DNA from: the human T2T-CHM13v2.0 reference genome, Homo sapiens
DNA: 64,000 nt
Strand: one strand, 5' to 3'
Assembly: GCF_009914755.1 (NCBI RefSeq)
Contig: NC_060939.1
Positions 1 to 25,473 of this stretch are shown here, piece by piece; position 1 is the stretch's first letter, and every line of letters begins with the position of its first letter. Position numbers and translations under genes: made by a program. The notes under the pieces were generated by a model that saw only the letters and a program-made list of their open reading frames with translations, had not been told where the DNA came from and ran no database searches.

Positions 1-3000
1 ATGCTTCTGTGTAGTTTTTATGTGAAGATATTTCCTATTCCACTGTAGGCCTCAAAGCGCTCCAAATATCCTCTTGCAGATTCTACAAAAAGAGTGTTAC
101 AAAACTGCTCAATCAAAAGAAAGTTTCAACTCTGTGAGATGAAAGCACACATCACAAAGAATTTTCTCAGAATGCTTCTGTGTAGTTTTTACGTGAAGAT
201 ATTTCCTTTTTCAAAACAGGCCTCAAAGCCTTCCACATATCCACTTGCAGATTCTACAAAAAGTGTGTTTCAAAACTGCTCAATCAAAAGAAAGTTTCAA
301 CTCTGTAAGATGAATGCATACATCACAAATAAGTTTATCAGGATGCTTTTGTGTAGTTTTTATGTTAAGATATTTCGTTTTCCACAATAGGCCTCAAAGC
401 ACTCCAAATATCCACTTGTGGATTCTACAAAAAGTTTGTTTCAATACTGCTCAATCATAAGACAGGTTCAACTGTGTGAGATGAATGCAGACATCACAAA
501 GAAGTTTCCCAGAATGCTTCTGTGAAGTTTTTATGTGAAGATATTTGCTTTTCCACAGTAGGCCTCAAAACGCTCCAAATATCCACTTGAAGATTGTACA
601 AAAACAGTGTTTCAAAACTGCTGAATCACCAGATAGGTTCAACTCTGTGGGTTGAATGCACACATAACAAAGAAGTTCCTCAGAATGCTTCTGGGTAGTT
701 TTTATTTGAAGATATTTCCTTTTCCTCCATAGGCTGCAAAGGGCTCCAAATGTCTATTTGCAGATCATACAAAATGAGGGATTCATAACTGCTCAAAGAA
801 AAGATAGGTTCACCTCTGTGAGTTTAATGCACATATCAAAAAGAAGTTTCTCAGAATGCTTCTGTGTAGTTTTTATTTGAAGATATTTCCTTTTCCACCT
901 TAGGCCACAAAGGGCCCCAAATATCTGCTTGCAGATTCTACAAAAAGATTGTTTCAAAACTGCTGAATCAAAAAAAAATGTTCAACTCTGTGAGATGAAG
1001 GCACACATCTCAAAGAAGTTTCTCAGAATGCCTCTGTGTTGTTTTTATGTGAAGATATTTTCTTTTTCAGAGTAGGCCTCAATTGCTCCAAATATCCACT
1101 TGCAGACGCTACAAAAAGAGGGTTTCCAAACTGCTCAATCAAAAGAAATATTCAACTCTGTGAGAGGAATGCACATATCACAGGGAAGTTTCCCAGAAAT
1201 CTTCTGTGTAGTTTTTATGTGAAGATATTTCCTTTTCCACAGTAGGCCTCGAAACGCTCCAAGTATCCACTTACAGATTCTACAAAGAGAGTGTTTCAAA
1301 ACTGCTCAATCAAATGAAAGGTTCACCTCTGTGAGCTGAATGCACATATCATGAAGAAGTTTCTCTGAATGCTTCTGTGTACCTTTTCTTTGAAGATATT
1401 TCCTTTTCATTCATAGGCCAAAAAGGGCACCAAATATCCAGTTGTAGATTCTACAAAGAGAGATTCAATACTGCCCAATCAAAAGATAGTTTCAACTATG
1501 TGAGTTGAATGCACACATCATGAAGAAGTTTCTCAGAATGCCTCAGTGTGGTTCTTGTGTGAAGATATTTGTTTTTCCACAGTAGGCCTCAAAACGCTCC
1601 AAATATCCACTTGCAGATACTATGAAAACAGCATTTCAGAATTGCACAATCAAAAGAAAATTTCAACACTGTGAGATGAATGCACACATCACAAAGTAGC
1701 TTCTCAGAATGCTTCTGTGTAGTTTTTATGTGAAGATATTTCCTTTTCCACAATAGGCCTCAAAGCACCCCAAATATCCACTTGCAGATTCTACGAAAAC
1801 AGCTTTTCAAAACTACTCAATCAAAAGAAAATTTCAACTCTGTGAGATGAGTTCACACATCACAAAGAAATTTCTCACAATTCCTCCGTGTAGAGTTTAT
1901 TTAAAGATAATTCCTTTTCCACCATAGGCTGATAAGGGCTCCAAATATCCGGTTGAAGATTCCACAAAAAGATTCAAAACTGCTCCATTAAGACATTGGT
2001 TCAACTCTGTGAGTTGAATGCACACATCACAAAGATGATTCTGAGAATTCTTCTGTGTAGTCTTTATGTGAAGATATTTCCTTTTCCAAAATAAGCCTCA
2101 AAACCCTCCAAATATCCACCTGCAGATTCTACAAAAAGAGTGTTTCAAATCTGCTCAATCAAAAGAAGTTAAAATCTGTATGATGAATGAACACATCATA
2201 AAGAAGTTTCTCAGACTGCCTACGTGTAGTTTTTACATGAAGATATTTCCTTTTCCACAATAGGCCTCAAAGCGCTCCAAATATCCACTTGCAGATTCTA
2301 CAAAAAGAGTGTTTCAAAACTGCTCTATCAAAAGATAGTTTCAACACTGTGAGTTGAATGTACACATCACAAAGAAGTTTCTCAGAATGCTTCTGTGTAG
2401 TTTTGATGTGAAGATATGTCCTTTTCCAAAATAGGCCTCAAAGCCCTCCAAATATCCACTTGCAGTTTCTACATAAAGAGTGTTACAAAACTGTTCAATC
2501 AAAAGGAAAGTTTCAACTATGTGTGATGAATGCACTCGTAACAAAGAAATGTCTCAGAAAGATTCTGTGTAGTTTTTATGTGAAAATATTTCCTTTTCCA
2601 CAATAGGCCTAAAAGCGCTGCAAATATTCACTCTCAGATTCTACAAAAAGAGTGATTGGAAACTGTTCAATCAAAAGATAGGTTCAACTCTGTGAGTTGA
2701 ATGCACACATCACAAAAAGTTTCTCAGAATGCTTCTGTGTAGTTGTTATGTGAAGATATTTCCTTTTCCACACTAGGCTTCAAAGCTCTCCAAATATCCA
2801 GTTGCAGATTCTGCAAAAAGAGAGACTAAAAACTGCTCCATCAAAATATAGGTTCGATTCCGTGAGTTGAATGCACACATCACAAAGAAGTTTCTCAGAA
2901 TGCTTCTGTGAAGTTTTTATGTGAAGATATTTGTTTTTCCACAGTAGGCCTCAAAGCGCTCCAAATATCCACTTGAAGATTCTACAAAAACAGTGCTTCA

Positions 3001-4508
3001 AAACTGCTGAATCATAAGATAGTTTCAACTCTGTGGGTTGAATGCATACATAGCAAAGAAGTTCCTCAGAATGCTTCTGGGTAGTTTTTATTTGAAGATA
3101 TTTCCTTTTCCTCCATAGGCCACAAAGGGCTCCAAATGTCCACTTGCAGATCCTGCAAAAGGAGGGAATCAAAACTGCTCAATGAAAAGATAGGTTCACC
3201 TCTGTGAGTTTAATGCACATATCACAAAGTGGTTTCTCAGAATGCTTCTGTGTAGTTTTATGTGAAGATATTTCCTTTTTCACAATAGGCCACATCGGCT
3301 CCAAATAAACACTTGCAGATTCTACAAAAAGAGTGTTTCAAAACTGCTCAATCATAAGATAGGTTCAACAATTTGAGATGAAAGCACACATCACAAAGAA
3401 GTTTCTCAAATGCTTCTGTGTAGTTTTTATGTGAAGATGTTTCCTTTTCTACCATATGCTTCAAAGTGATCCAAACATTCACTTGTAGATACAACAAAAA
3501 GAGTGTTTCCAAACTGCTCAATCAAAAGAAAGGTTCAACTCTGTGAGATGAAGGTACACATGACGTAGAAGTTCCTCAGAAATCTTTTTTGTAGTTTTTA
3601 TATGAAGGTATTTCCTTTTCCACCATAGGCCGAAAAGGGCTCCAAATATCCTCTTGCAGATTCTACAAAAAGAGAGATTCAAAACTGCTCAATCAAAAGA
3701 AAGTTTCAACTCTGTGAGTTTAATGCACACTTAACAAAGGTGTTTCTCAGAATGCTTCCTTGTAGTTTTCTGTTTTACAAACAGAAAGTTTCAAAACTGC
3801 TGAATAAAAAGAAAGGTTCAACATTGTGAGATGAATGCACACATCACACAGAAGTTTCTCAGAATGATTCTGTGCAGTTTATATGTAAAGATATTTCCTT
3901 TTCCACAATAGGAATCTAAGCACTCCGAATATCAACTTGCAGATTCTACATAAAAAGTTTTTCAAAACTGCTCAATCAAAGGAAAGGTTCAACTCTGTGA
4001 GATGAATGCACACATCGCAAAGAGGTGTCTTGGAATGCTTCTGTGTATATTTCATGTGAAGATATTTTCTTTTCAACAATAGGCCTCAAAGTGCTCCAAT
4101 TATCCGCTTGCAGATTCTACAAGCAGAGTGTTTCAAAACTGCTAAATGAAAAGAAAGATTCATCTCTGTGAGATGAATGTGCACATCACCATGAAGTTTC
4201 TCAGAATGCTTCTGTGTAGTTTTTCTGTGAAGATATTTCCTTTTCCACAGTAGACCTCAAATCTCTCCAAATATCCACTCACAGATTATGCAAAAAGAGA
4301 GATTCAAAACTGCTCAATCAAAAAATAGGTTCAGCTCCGTGAGTTGAATGCACACAAAACAAAGAAGTTTCTCAGAATGCTGCTGTGTAGCTTTTATGTG
4401 AAGACATTTCCTTTTCCACAATAGGTGTCAAATCGATCCAAATATCCACTTGCAGATTCTACAAAAAGAGTGTTTCAAAACTGCTCAATCAAAACATAGG
4501 TTCAATTC
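1..4508 (-). repeat. Alpha satellite, divergent ~171-bp monomers (layer A: GCTTCTGTGTAG / AAATATCCAC type)
   Basis: Tandem ~171-bp units containing CACTTGCAGATTCTACAAAAAGAGTGTTTCAAAACTGCTCAATCAAAAG and GAATGCACACATCACAAAGAAGTTTCTCAGAATG, the reverse complement of the alphoid consensus. No CENP-B box seen. Confidence 0.98.
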
Positions 4509-4773
4509 CTTTTTTTTCCATGTTTCCTGTTCTTTTTTTTTAATTTCTTTGTTTATTATTATACTTTAAATTTTAGGGTACATGTGCACATTGTACAGGT
4601 TAATTACATACGTATACATGTGCCATGCTGGTGTGCTGCACCCACTAACTCGTCATCTAGCATTAGGTATATCTCCCAAAGCTACCCCCTACCCCTTTCC
4701 CCACCCCACAACATTCTCCAGAGTGTGATGTTCCCCTTCCTGTGTCCATGTGATCTCATTGTTCAATTCCCAC
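4509..4773 (-). mobile_element. Severely 5'-truncated L1 (3' UTR stub, L1PA2/L1PA3-like)
   Basis: Reverse complement of the L1 3' UTR (TTTTAGGGTACATGTGCAC...CCCACTAACTCGTCATCTAGCATTAGG...GTTCAATTCCCAC) with a T-rich tail. The 18-bp TSD AAAACATAGGTTCAATTC is at 4491-4508 and 4774-4791. The diagnostic site reads GAG, not the Ta-type ACA. Confidence 0.95.
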
Positions 4774-7700
4774 AAAACATAGGTTCAATTCTGTGAGCTG
4801 CATGCACTCAACACAAACATGTTTCTCAGAATGCTTCTGTGTAATCTTTATGTGAAGATATTTCCTTTTCTACCATAGGCCACAAAGGGCTCCAAATATC
4901 CACTTGCACATTCTACAAAAAGAGTGTTTCAAAACTGCTCAATCAAAAGAAAGGTTCAACTCTGTGAGATGAATGCACACATCACAAAGAAGTTTATCTG
5001 GTTGTTTCGGCAGAGATTTATATGAAGATACTTCCTTTTCTACCATTGGCCACAAAGGGCTCCAAATGTCCACTTGCAGATTCTACAGAAAGAGTGTCTC
5101 CAAACTGCTCAATCAAAAGGAAGGTTCATCTGTGTGAGATGAACGCACACATCAGAAAAAAGTTTCACAGAATTCTTCTCTCCAGTTTTCATGTGAAGAT
5201 ACTTGCTTTTCCACCAGAGGCCTCAAAGCCCTCCAAATGTCCACTTGAAGATTCTACAAAAAGAGTGTTTCCAAAATGCTCCATGAAAAGAAACTTTGAA
5301 CTCTGTGAGATGAACGCACACATCACAAAGAAGTTTCTCAGAACTCTTCTGTCTAGTTTTTATGTGAAGATATTTCCTTTTCCACCATAGGCCTCAAAGT
5401 GCTCCAAATATCCACTTGCAGATTTTACAAAAAGAGAGTTTCAAAACTCCTCAATGAAAAGAAAGGTTTAACTCTCTTAGACGAAAGCACACATCACAAG
5501 GAAGTTTGTCAGGTTGCTTCTGTCTAGATTTTATGTAAAGATATTTCCTTTTCTACCATAGGCCCCAACGCGCTCCAAATATCCACTTGTGGATTCCACA
5601 AAAAGAATGTTCCCAAACAGCTCAATCAAAAAAGAGTTTCAACTCTGTGAGATGAACACACGTATCACAAAGAAGTTTCTCAGAATTCTTCTGTCTCATT
5701 TTTATGTGAAAGTATTTCTTTTCTCTCTATAGGCCTCAAGGTGCTCGAAATGTCCACTTGCAGATTCTACAAAAAGAGTATTTCGTTACTGGTCCATTAA
5801 AAGAAAGGTTCAACTCTGGGATATGAATGCACACATCATGAAGAAGTTATTCAGAATGCTTCTATCTAGTTTTTATTGAAGATATTTCCTTTTCCACCAT
5901 CGGCCACAAAGCCCTCCAAATGTGCACTTGCAGATTACACAAAAAGAGAGTTTGAAAACTGCTCAATCAAAAGAAAGGTTTAATTCTGGAATATGAATGC
6001 ACATATCACAAAGAAGTTTTTCAGATAGCTTCTGTCTAGATTTTATGTGTAGATATTTCCTTTTCTACCATAAGCTGCAAAACGCTCCAAATGTCCACTT
6101 GCAGATTCTACAAAATGAAGTTTTTCAAAACCCCTCAATCAGAAGAAATGTTCAACTCTTTGAGATGAATGCACGCATCAAAAAGAAGTTTCTCAGAATA
6201 CCTCTGTCTAGTTTTTATGTGAGAATATTTCCTTTTCCAACATAGGACTCAAAGCGCTCCAAATGGCCACTTGCAGGTTCTACAAAAAGAGAGTTTCAAA
6301 ACTGCTCAATCAAAAGAAAGGTTTAACTCTGTCAGATGAATGCCCACTTCACAAAGAAGTTTCTCAGATTGCTTCTGTCTAGACGTTATATGAAGATATT
6401 TCCCTTTCTACCATAGGCCGCCACACGCTCCAAATGTTCCCTGGCAGATTCTACAAAAAGAGTGTTTCCAAACTGCTCACTCCAAAGAAAGGTTCAACTC
6501 TGTGAGATGAATGCACGCATCACAAGGAAGTTCTTCAGAATTCTTCTGTCTAGTTTTGATGTGAAGATATTTCCTTTTCCACCTTAGTCCTCAAAGCCCT
6601 CAAAATGTCCACTTGCAGATTCTACAAAAAGAGATTTTCCAAACTGCTCAATCAAAAGAAAGGTTCAACTCTGTCAGATGAATGCCCACTTCACAAAGAA
6701 GTTTCTCAGATTGCTTCTGTCTAGACGTTATATGAAGATATTTCCCTTTCTACCATAGGCCGCCACACGCTCCAAATGTCCCCTAGCAGATTCTACAAAA
6801 AGAGTGTTTCCAAACTGCTCACTCCAAAGAAAGGTTCAACTCTGTCAGATGAATGCACACATCACAAGGAAGTTTCTCATAATTCTTCTGTCTAGTTTTT
6901 ATGTGAAGATATTTCCTTTTCCACCATAGGCCTCAAAGTGATCCAAATGTCCACTTGCAGATTCTACAAAAAGAGAGTTTCAAAACTGTTCAATCAAAAG
7001 AAATGTTTAACTCTATGAGATGAATGCACACATCACAAAGAAGTTTCTCAGGTTGCTTCGGCAGAGATTTATTTGAAGATACTTCCTTTTCTACCATGGG
7101 CGGCAAAGGGCTCCAAATGTCCACTTGCAGATTCTACAAAAAGAGTGTCTCCAAACTGCTCAATCAAAAGGAAGGTTCATCTGTGTGAGATGAAGGCACG
7201 CATCAGAAAAAAGTTTCACAGAATTCTTCTCTCCAGTATTCATGTGAAGATATTTGCTTTTCCACCAGAGGCCTCAAAGCCCTCCAAATGTCCACTTGAA
7301 GATTCTACAAAAAGAGTGTTTCCAAATTGCTCCATGAAAAGAAACTTTGAACTCTGTGAGATGAATGCGCACATCACAAGGACGTTTGTCAGGTTGCTTC
7401 TGTCTAGATTTTATGTGAAGATATTTCCTTTTCTACCACAGGCCCCAAAGTGCTCCAAATATCCACTTGTAGATTCCACAAAAAGAATGTTTCCAAACAG
7501 CTCAATCAAAAAAGAGGTTCACTTCTGTGAGATGAATGCACACATCACAAAGAAGTTTCTCAGAATTCTTCTGTCTAGTTTTTATGTGAAGATATTTCCT
7601 TTTCCACCAGAGGCCTTAATGCCCTCCAAATATCGACTTGCGGATTCTACAAAAAGAGAGTTTCAAAACTCCTCAATCAAAAGAAAGGTTTAACTCTCAG

Positions 7701-8605
7701 GGGCATGCACAAAACACAAAGTAGTTTATCTGATTGCTTATGTCTAGATTTTATGTGAAGATAGTCCCTTTTCTATCATAGGTGGCAAAGCACACCAAAT
7801 GTCCACTTGCGGATTCTCCAAATAGAGGGTTTACAAATTTCTCAATCAAAAGAAAGGTCCAACTCTGTGAGATGAATGCACACATCACATAGAAGTTGCT
7901 CAGAATACTTGTGTTTAGTTTTTATGTGAAGATATTTCATTTTCCACCATAGGCCTCAAGGTGCTCGAAATGTCCAACTGCAAATTCTACAAAAAGATTA
8001 TTTCATAACTGGTCCATCAAAAAAAAGGTTCAACTCTGGGAAATGAATGCACACACCACAAAGAAGTTTCTCTGAATGCTTCTATCTAGTTTTTATGTGA
8101 AGGTATTTCCTTTTACACCATAGGCCTCAAAGTGCTCCAAATGTCCACTTGCAGATTCCACAAAAAGAGAGTTTCAAAACTGCTCAATCAAAAGAAATGG
8201 TTAACTCTGTGAGATAAATGCACACACAAAAAAGTCGTTTCTCAGATTGCTTCTGTCTAGATTTTTTGTGAAGATATTTCCTTTTCTACCATAGGCCACA
8301 AAACGCTCCAAATGTCCACTTGCAGGTTCTACAAAAAGAGTGTTTCCAAACTGCTCAATCAAAAGAAAGGTTCAACTCTGTCAGATGAACGCACACATCA
8401 CAAAGAATTCTCTCAGAATTCTTCTGTTTAGTTTTTATGTAAAGATAATTCCTTTTCTTCCATAGGCCTAAAAGCATTCCAAATGTCCACTTGCAGATTC
8501 TGCAAAAAGAGATTTCCAAAACTGCTCAATCAAAAGGAAGGTTTAAGTCTGTGAGATGAAAGCACACATCACAAAAAGTTTCTCAGATTGTTTCTGTCTA
8601 GATTT
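4774..8605 (-). repeat. Alpha satellite, switching at ~4990 to layer B (TTCTGTCTAG / AAATGTCCAC type)
   Basis: ~171-bp monomers, mixing AGATTGCTTCTGTCTAGATTTT and AGAATTCTTCTGTCTAGTTTTT variants. Confidence 0.97.
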
Positions 8606-17056
<8,451 letters not shown>

Positions 17057-17181
17057 GAACAGACCTGCAGCTGAGGGACCTGTCTGTTAGAAGGAAAACT
17101 AACAAACAGAAAGGACATCCACAACAAAAACCCATCTGTATATCACCATCATCAAAGACCAAAGTAGATAAAACCATAAAG

Positions 17182-18197
17182 ATGGGGAAAAAACAGAACA
17201 GAAAAACTGGAAACTCTAAAAAGCAGAGTGCCTCTCCTCCTCAAAAGAAACACAGTTCCTCACCAGCAACGGAACAAAGCTGGATGGAGAATGACTTTGA
17301 CGAGCTGAGAGAAGAAGCCTTCAGACAATCAAATTACTCTGAGCTATGGGAGGACATTCAAACCAAAGGCAAAGAAGTTGGAAACTTTGAAAAAAATTTA
17401 GAAGAATGTATAATTAGAATAACCAATACAGAGAAGTGCTTAAAGGAGCTGATGGAGCTGAAAACCAAGGCTCGAGAACTACGTGAAGAATGCAGAAGCC
17501 TCAGGAGCCGATGCGATCAACTGGAAGAAAGGGTATCAGCGATGGAAGATGAAATGAATGAAATGAAGCGAGAAAGGAAGTTTAGAGAAAAAAGCATAAA
17601 AAGAAATGAGCAAAGCCTCCAAGAAATATGGGACTATGTGAAAAGACCAAATCTACGTCTGATTGGTGTACCTGAAAGTGATGGGGAGAATGGAACCAAG
17701 TTGGAAAACACTCTGCAGGATATTATCCAGGAGAACTTCCCCAATCTAGCAAGGCAGGCCAACGTTCAGATTCAGGAAATACAGAGAACACCACAAAGAT
17801 ACTCCTCGAGAAGAGCAACTTCAAGAACATAATTGTCAGATTCACCAAAGTTGAAATGAAGGAAAAAATGTTAAGGGCAGCCAGAGAGAAAGGTCGGGTT
17901 ACCCTCAAAGGGAAGTCCATCAGACTAACAGCGGATCTCTCAGCAGAAACCCTACAAGCCGGAAGAGAGTGGGGGCCAATATTCAACATTCTTAAAGAAA
18001 AGAATTTTCAACCCAGAATTTCATATCCAGCCAAACTAAGCTTCATAAGTGAAGGAGAAATAAAATACTTTACAGACAATCAAATGCTGAGAGATTTTGT
18101 CACCACCAGGCCTGCCCTAAATGAGCTCCTGAAGAAAGTGCTAAACATGGAAAGGAACAACCAGTACCAGCCACTGCAAAATCATGCCAAAATGTAA
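17182..18197 (+). pseudogene. L1 ORF1p (RNA-binding/chaperone protein), frameshifted near 17826
   Basis: MGKKQNRKTGNSK...WDYVKRPNLRLIGVPE... stops at 17832, then continues in another frame as MKEKMLRAAREKG...QPLQNHAKM*. Confidence 0.95.
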
Positions 18198-18260
18198 AGA
18201 CCATCGAGACTAGGAAGAAACTGCATCAACTAACGAGCAAAATAACCAGCTAACATCATA

Positions 18261-22084
<3,824 letters not shown>

Positions 22085-22308
22085 ACAATGAGATCACATG
22101 GACACAGGAAGGGGAATATCACACTCTGGGGATTGTTGTGGGGTGGGGGGAGGGGGTGGGATAGCATTGGGAGATATATCTAATGCTAGATGACGAGTTG
22201 GTGGGTGCAGCGCACCACCATGGCACATGTATACATATGTAACTAACCTGCACAATGTGCACATGTACCCTAAAACTTAAAGTATAATAATAAATAAATA
22301 AGTTAAAA

Positions 22309-25300
22309 AAAACTGCTCAATCAAAAGAAAGGTTCAACTCTGTGAGATGAACGCACACCTCACAAAAAAGTTTCTCAGAACTCTTCTGTCTTGTTTTTTG
22401 TGAAGATATTTCCTTTTCCACCCTAGGCCTCAAAGCCCTCCCAATTTCCTCTTGCAGATTCAACAAAAAGAGTTTCAGAACTGCTCAATCAAAAGAAAGG
22501 TTTCACTCTCTGAGATGAATGAGCACATCACAAAGAAGTTTCTCAGTTTGCTTCTGTCTAGATTTTATGCGAAGATATTTCCTTTTCTAACATAGGCTGC
22601 AAAGCGCTCCAAATGTCCACTTGCAGATTCTAAAAATATAGTGTTTCCAAACTGCTCAATCAAAAGAAAATTTCAACTCTGTGATTTGAACGCACAGATC
22701 ACAAAGACGTTTCTCAGAATTCTTCTGTCTAGCTTTTATGTGAAGATATTTCCTTTTCCACCGTGGGACTCAAAGCACTCCAAAAGTCCACTTACAGATC
22801 CTACAAAAAGAGAGTTTCAAAACTGCTCAATCAAAAGAAAGTTTTACCTCTGTGAGATGAATGCACACATCCCAAAGAAGTTTCTCATTTTGCTTCTGTC
22901 TAGATTTTATGTGAAGATATTTTGTTTTCTACCATAGGCCTCAAAGCTCCCAAAATGTCCACTTGTAGATTCTACAAAAAGAGTATTTCAAAACTGCTAA
23001 ATCGAAAATTCTCCAACTCTGTGAGATGCATGGACACATTACAAAGAAGTTTCTCAGAATGCTTCTGTCTAGTTTTTATGTGAAGATATTTCCTTTTCCA
23101 AAACAGACCTCAAAGCACTCCAAATATCCACTTGCAGATTCTAAAAAAGAATGTTTCAAAACTGCTCCATCATAAGAAAATTTCAACTCTGTCACGCGAA
23201 TGCACACATGTCAAAAGAGTTGCTCAGAATGCTTCTGTCTAATTTTTATGTGAAGATATTTCCTTTTCCACTATAGGCAGTATAGCACTCCGAATATCCA
23301 CTTGCAGATTCCACAAATAGAGTGTTTCCAAACTGCTGAATCAAAAGAAAGTTTCGAGTCTGTGAGATGAGTGCACACATCATAAAGAAGTTTCTCAGCA
23401 TGCTTCTGTCTAGTTTTATGTGAAGATATTTCCTTTTCCACCATAGGCCTCAAAGCGCTCCAAATAACGAATTGCAGATTCTACAAATGAGTTTTTCAAA
23501 ACTGCTCAATCAAAAGAAAGTTCAACTCTCTAAGATGAATGCACACATCACAAAGAATTTTCTCAGAATGATTCTGTCTAGTTTTTATGTGAAGATAGTT
23601 CCTTTTCCACCATAGGCTCCAAAGCGCTCCAAATGTACGCTTTCAGATACTACAAAAAGAGTGTTTCAAAACTGCTCAATCAAAAGAAAGTTTCAGCTTT
23701 GTGAGATGAATGCACACATCACAAAGTAGTTTCTCAGAATATTTCTGTAGGATTTTATGTTAAGATATTTAGTTTTCCACCATAGACCTCCTAGCACTCC
23801 AAATGTCCACTTGCAGGGTCTACAAAAAGAGTGTTTCAAAGCTACTCAATCAAAAGAAAGTTTCAACTCTGTGAGATGAGTGCACACATCACAAAGTAGT
23901 TTCTGAGAATGCTTCTATTTATTATGTGAAGATGTTTCATTTTCCAACTTAGGTCTCAAAGCACTCCAGATGTCCACCTGCAGATTCTACAAAAAAAGTG
24001 TTTCAAAACTGCTCAATCGAAAGTAAGATTCAGCTCTGTGAGATGAAGTTTGTCAGAAATCTTTTGACTAGTTTTTATGTGAAGATATTTCCTTTTCCAC
24101 CATAGTCCGCAAAGCGCTCCAAATGTCCTATTGCAGATTCTACAATAAGAGTGTTTCAAAACAGCTCAATCAAAAGTAAGGTTAAATTCTGTGAGATGAA
24201 TGCACACATCACAAAGAAGGTTCTCAGAAAGCTTCTGTCTAGCAACTAAGTGAAGATATTTTCTTTTCCACCGCAGTCCTCAAAGCACTCCAAATGTCCT
24301 TTTGCAAATTCTACAAAATGTGTTTCAAAACTGATCAACCAAAAGAAAATTCCAACCCTGTCAGATGAATGCACACATCACAAAGAAGTTTGTCAGAATG
24401 ATTCTGTCTAGTTTTTACGTGAAAATATTTCCTTTTCCACCATAGCCTGCAAAGCGCTCCAAATGTCCACTTGCAGATTCTACCAAAAGGGTTTTTCAGA
24501 CCTGCTCAATCGAAAGTAAGGTTCAACTCTGGGAGCTGCATGCACACATCCAAAAGAAGTTTGTCAGAATGATTCTGTCTAGTTTCGATGTGAAGATGTT
24601 GCCTTTTCCACACTAGGCCTCGCAGTGCTCAAAATGTCCACTTGCAGATTCTACAAAAAGAGTGTTTCCAAACTGCTCAATCAAAAGAAAATTTCCAGTC
24701 TGTGAGGTGAATTCACACATCACAAAGAACTTTCTCAGAATGCTTCTGTCTAGTTTTTATGTGAAAATATTTCCTTTTCCACCATAGGCCTGAAAACTCT
24801 CCAAATATCCACTTGCAGATTGTACAAAAAGAGTGTTTCCAAACTGCTCAATCAAAAGAAAGGTTCAAATCTGAGATGAATGCACACATCACAAAGAAGT
24901 TTGTCAGAATGTTTCTGTATAGTTTTTATATGAAGATACTTCCTTTTCCACCATAGGCTTCAAAGGGCTCCAAATTCCCACATGCAGATTGTACAAAGTG
25001 TTTCAAAGCTGTTCAATCAAATGAAAGGTTCAAACCTGTGAGATGAATGCGCACATCACAAAGAAATTTTTCAGAATGCTTCTGTCTAGTTTTTGTGAAG
25101 ATATTTCCTTTTCCATCATAGGCCTCAATGCACGCCAAATGTCCACTTGCAAATATTACAAAAAGGGTGTTTCAAACTGCTGAATCAAAAGAAAATTTCA
25201 ACTGTTTGAGATGAATGCACATATCACAAAGAAGTTTGTCAGAATGCTTCCGTCTAGTTTTCATGTGAAGATTTTTTTTAAATATGCCTCAAATCGCTCC

Positions 25301-25473
25301 AAATGTCCACTTGCAGATTCTACAAAAAGAGTGTTTCCAAACTGTTCAATAAAAAGAAAGGTTCAACTCTGTGAGAAGACCGCACACATCACAAAGAATT
25401 TTCTCAGAATTCTTCTGTCTAGGTTTCATGTGAAGATATTTCCTTTTCCACCATAGGTCTCAAAGTGCTCCAA
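22309..25473 (-). repeat. Alpha satellite, layer B grading from ~22950 into layer C (GAAGTTTGTCAGAATGCTTCTGTCTAG / AAAGTAAGGTTC type)
   Basis: ~171-bp monomers ending abruptly at ...CAAAGTGCTCCAA, where the pentamer satellite begins. Confidence 0.95.

Noticed and set aside
25261-25473. Possible specific paralogy between the monomers before the HSat junction and ~61290-61510
   Set aside because: Only a few shared variants (TCAATAAAAAG, ATAGGTCTCAAA) were seen, which cannot be told from background without alignment.
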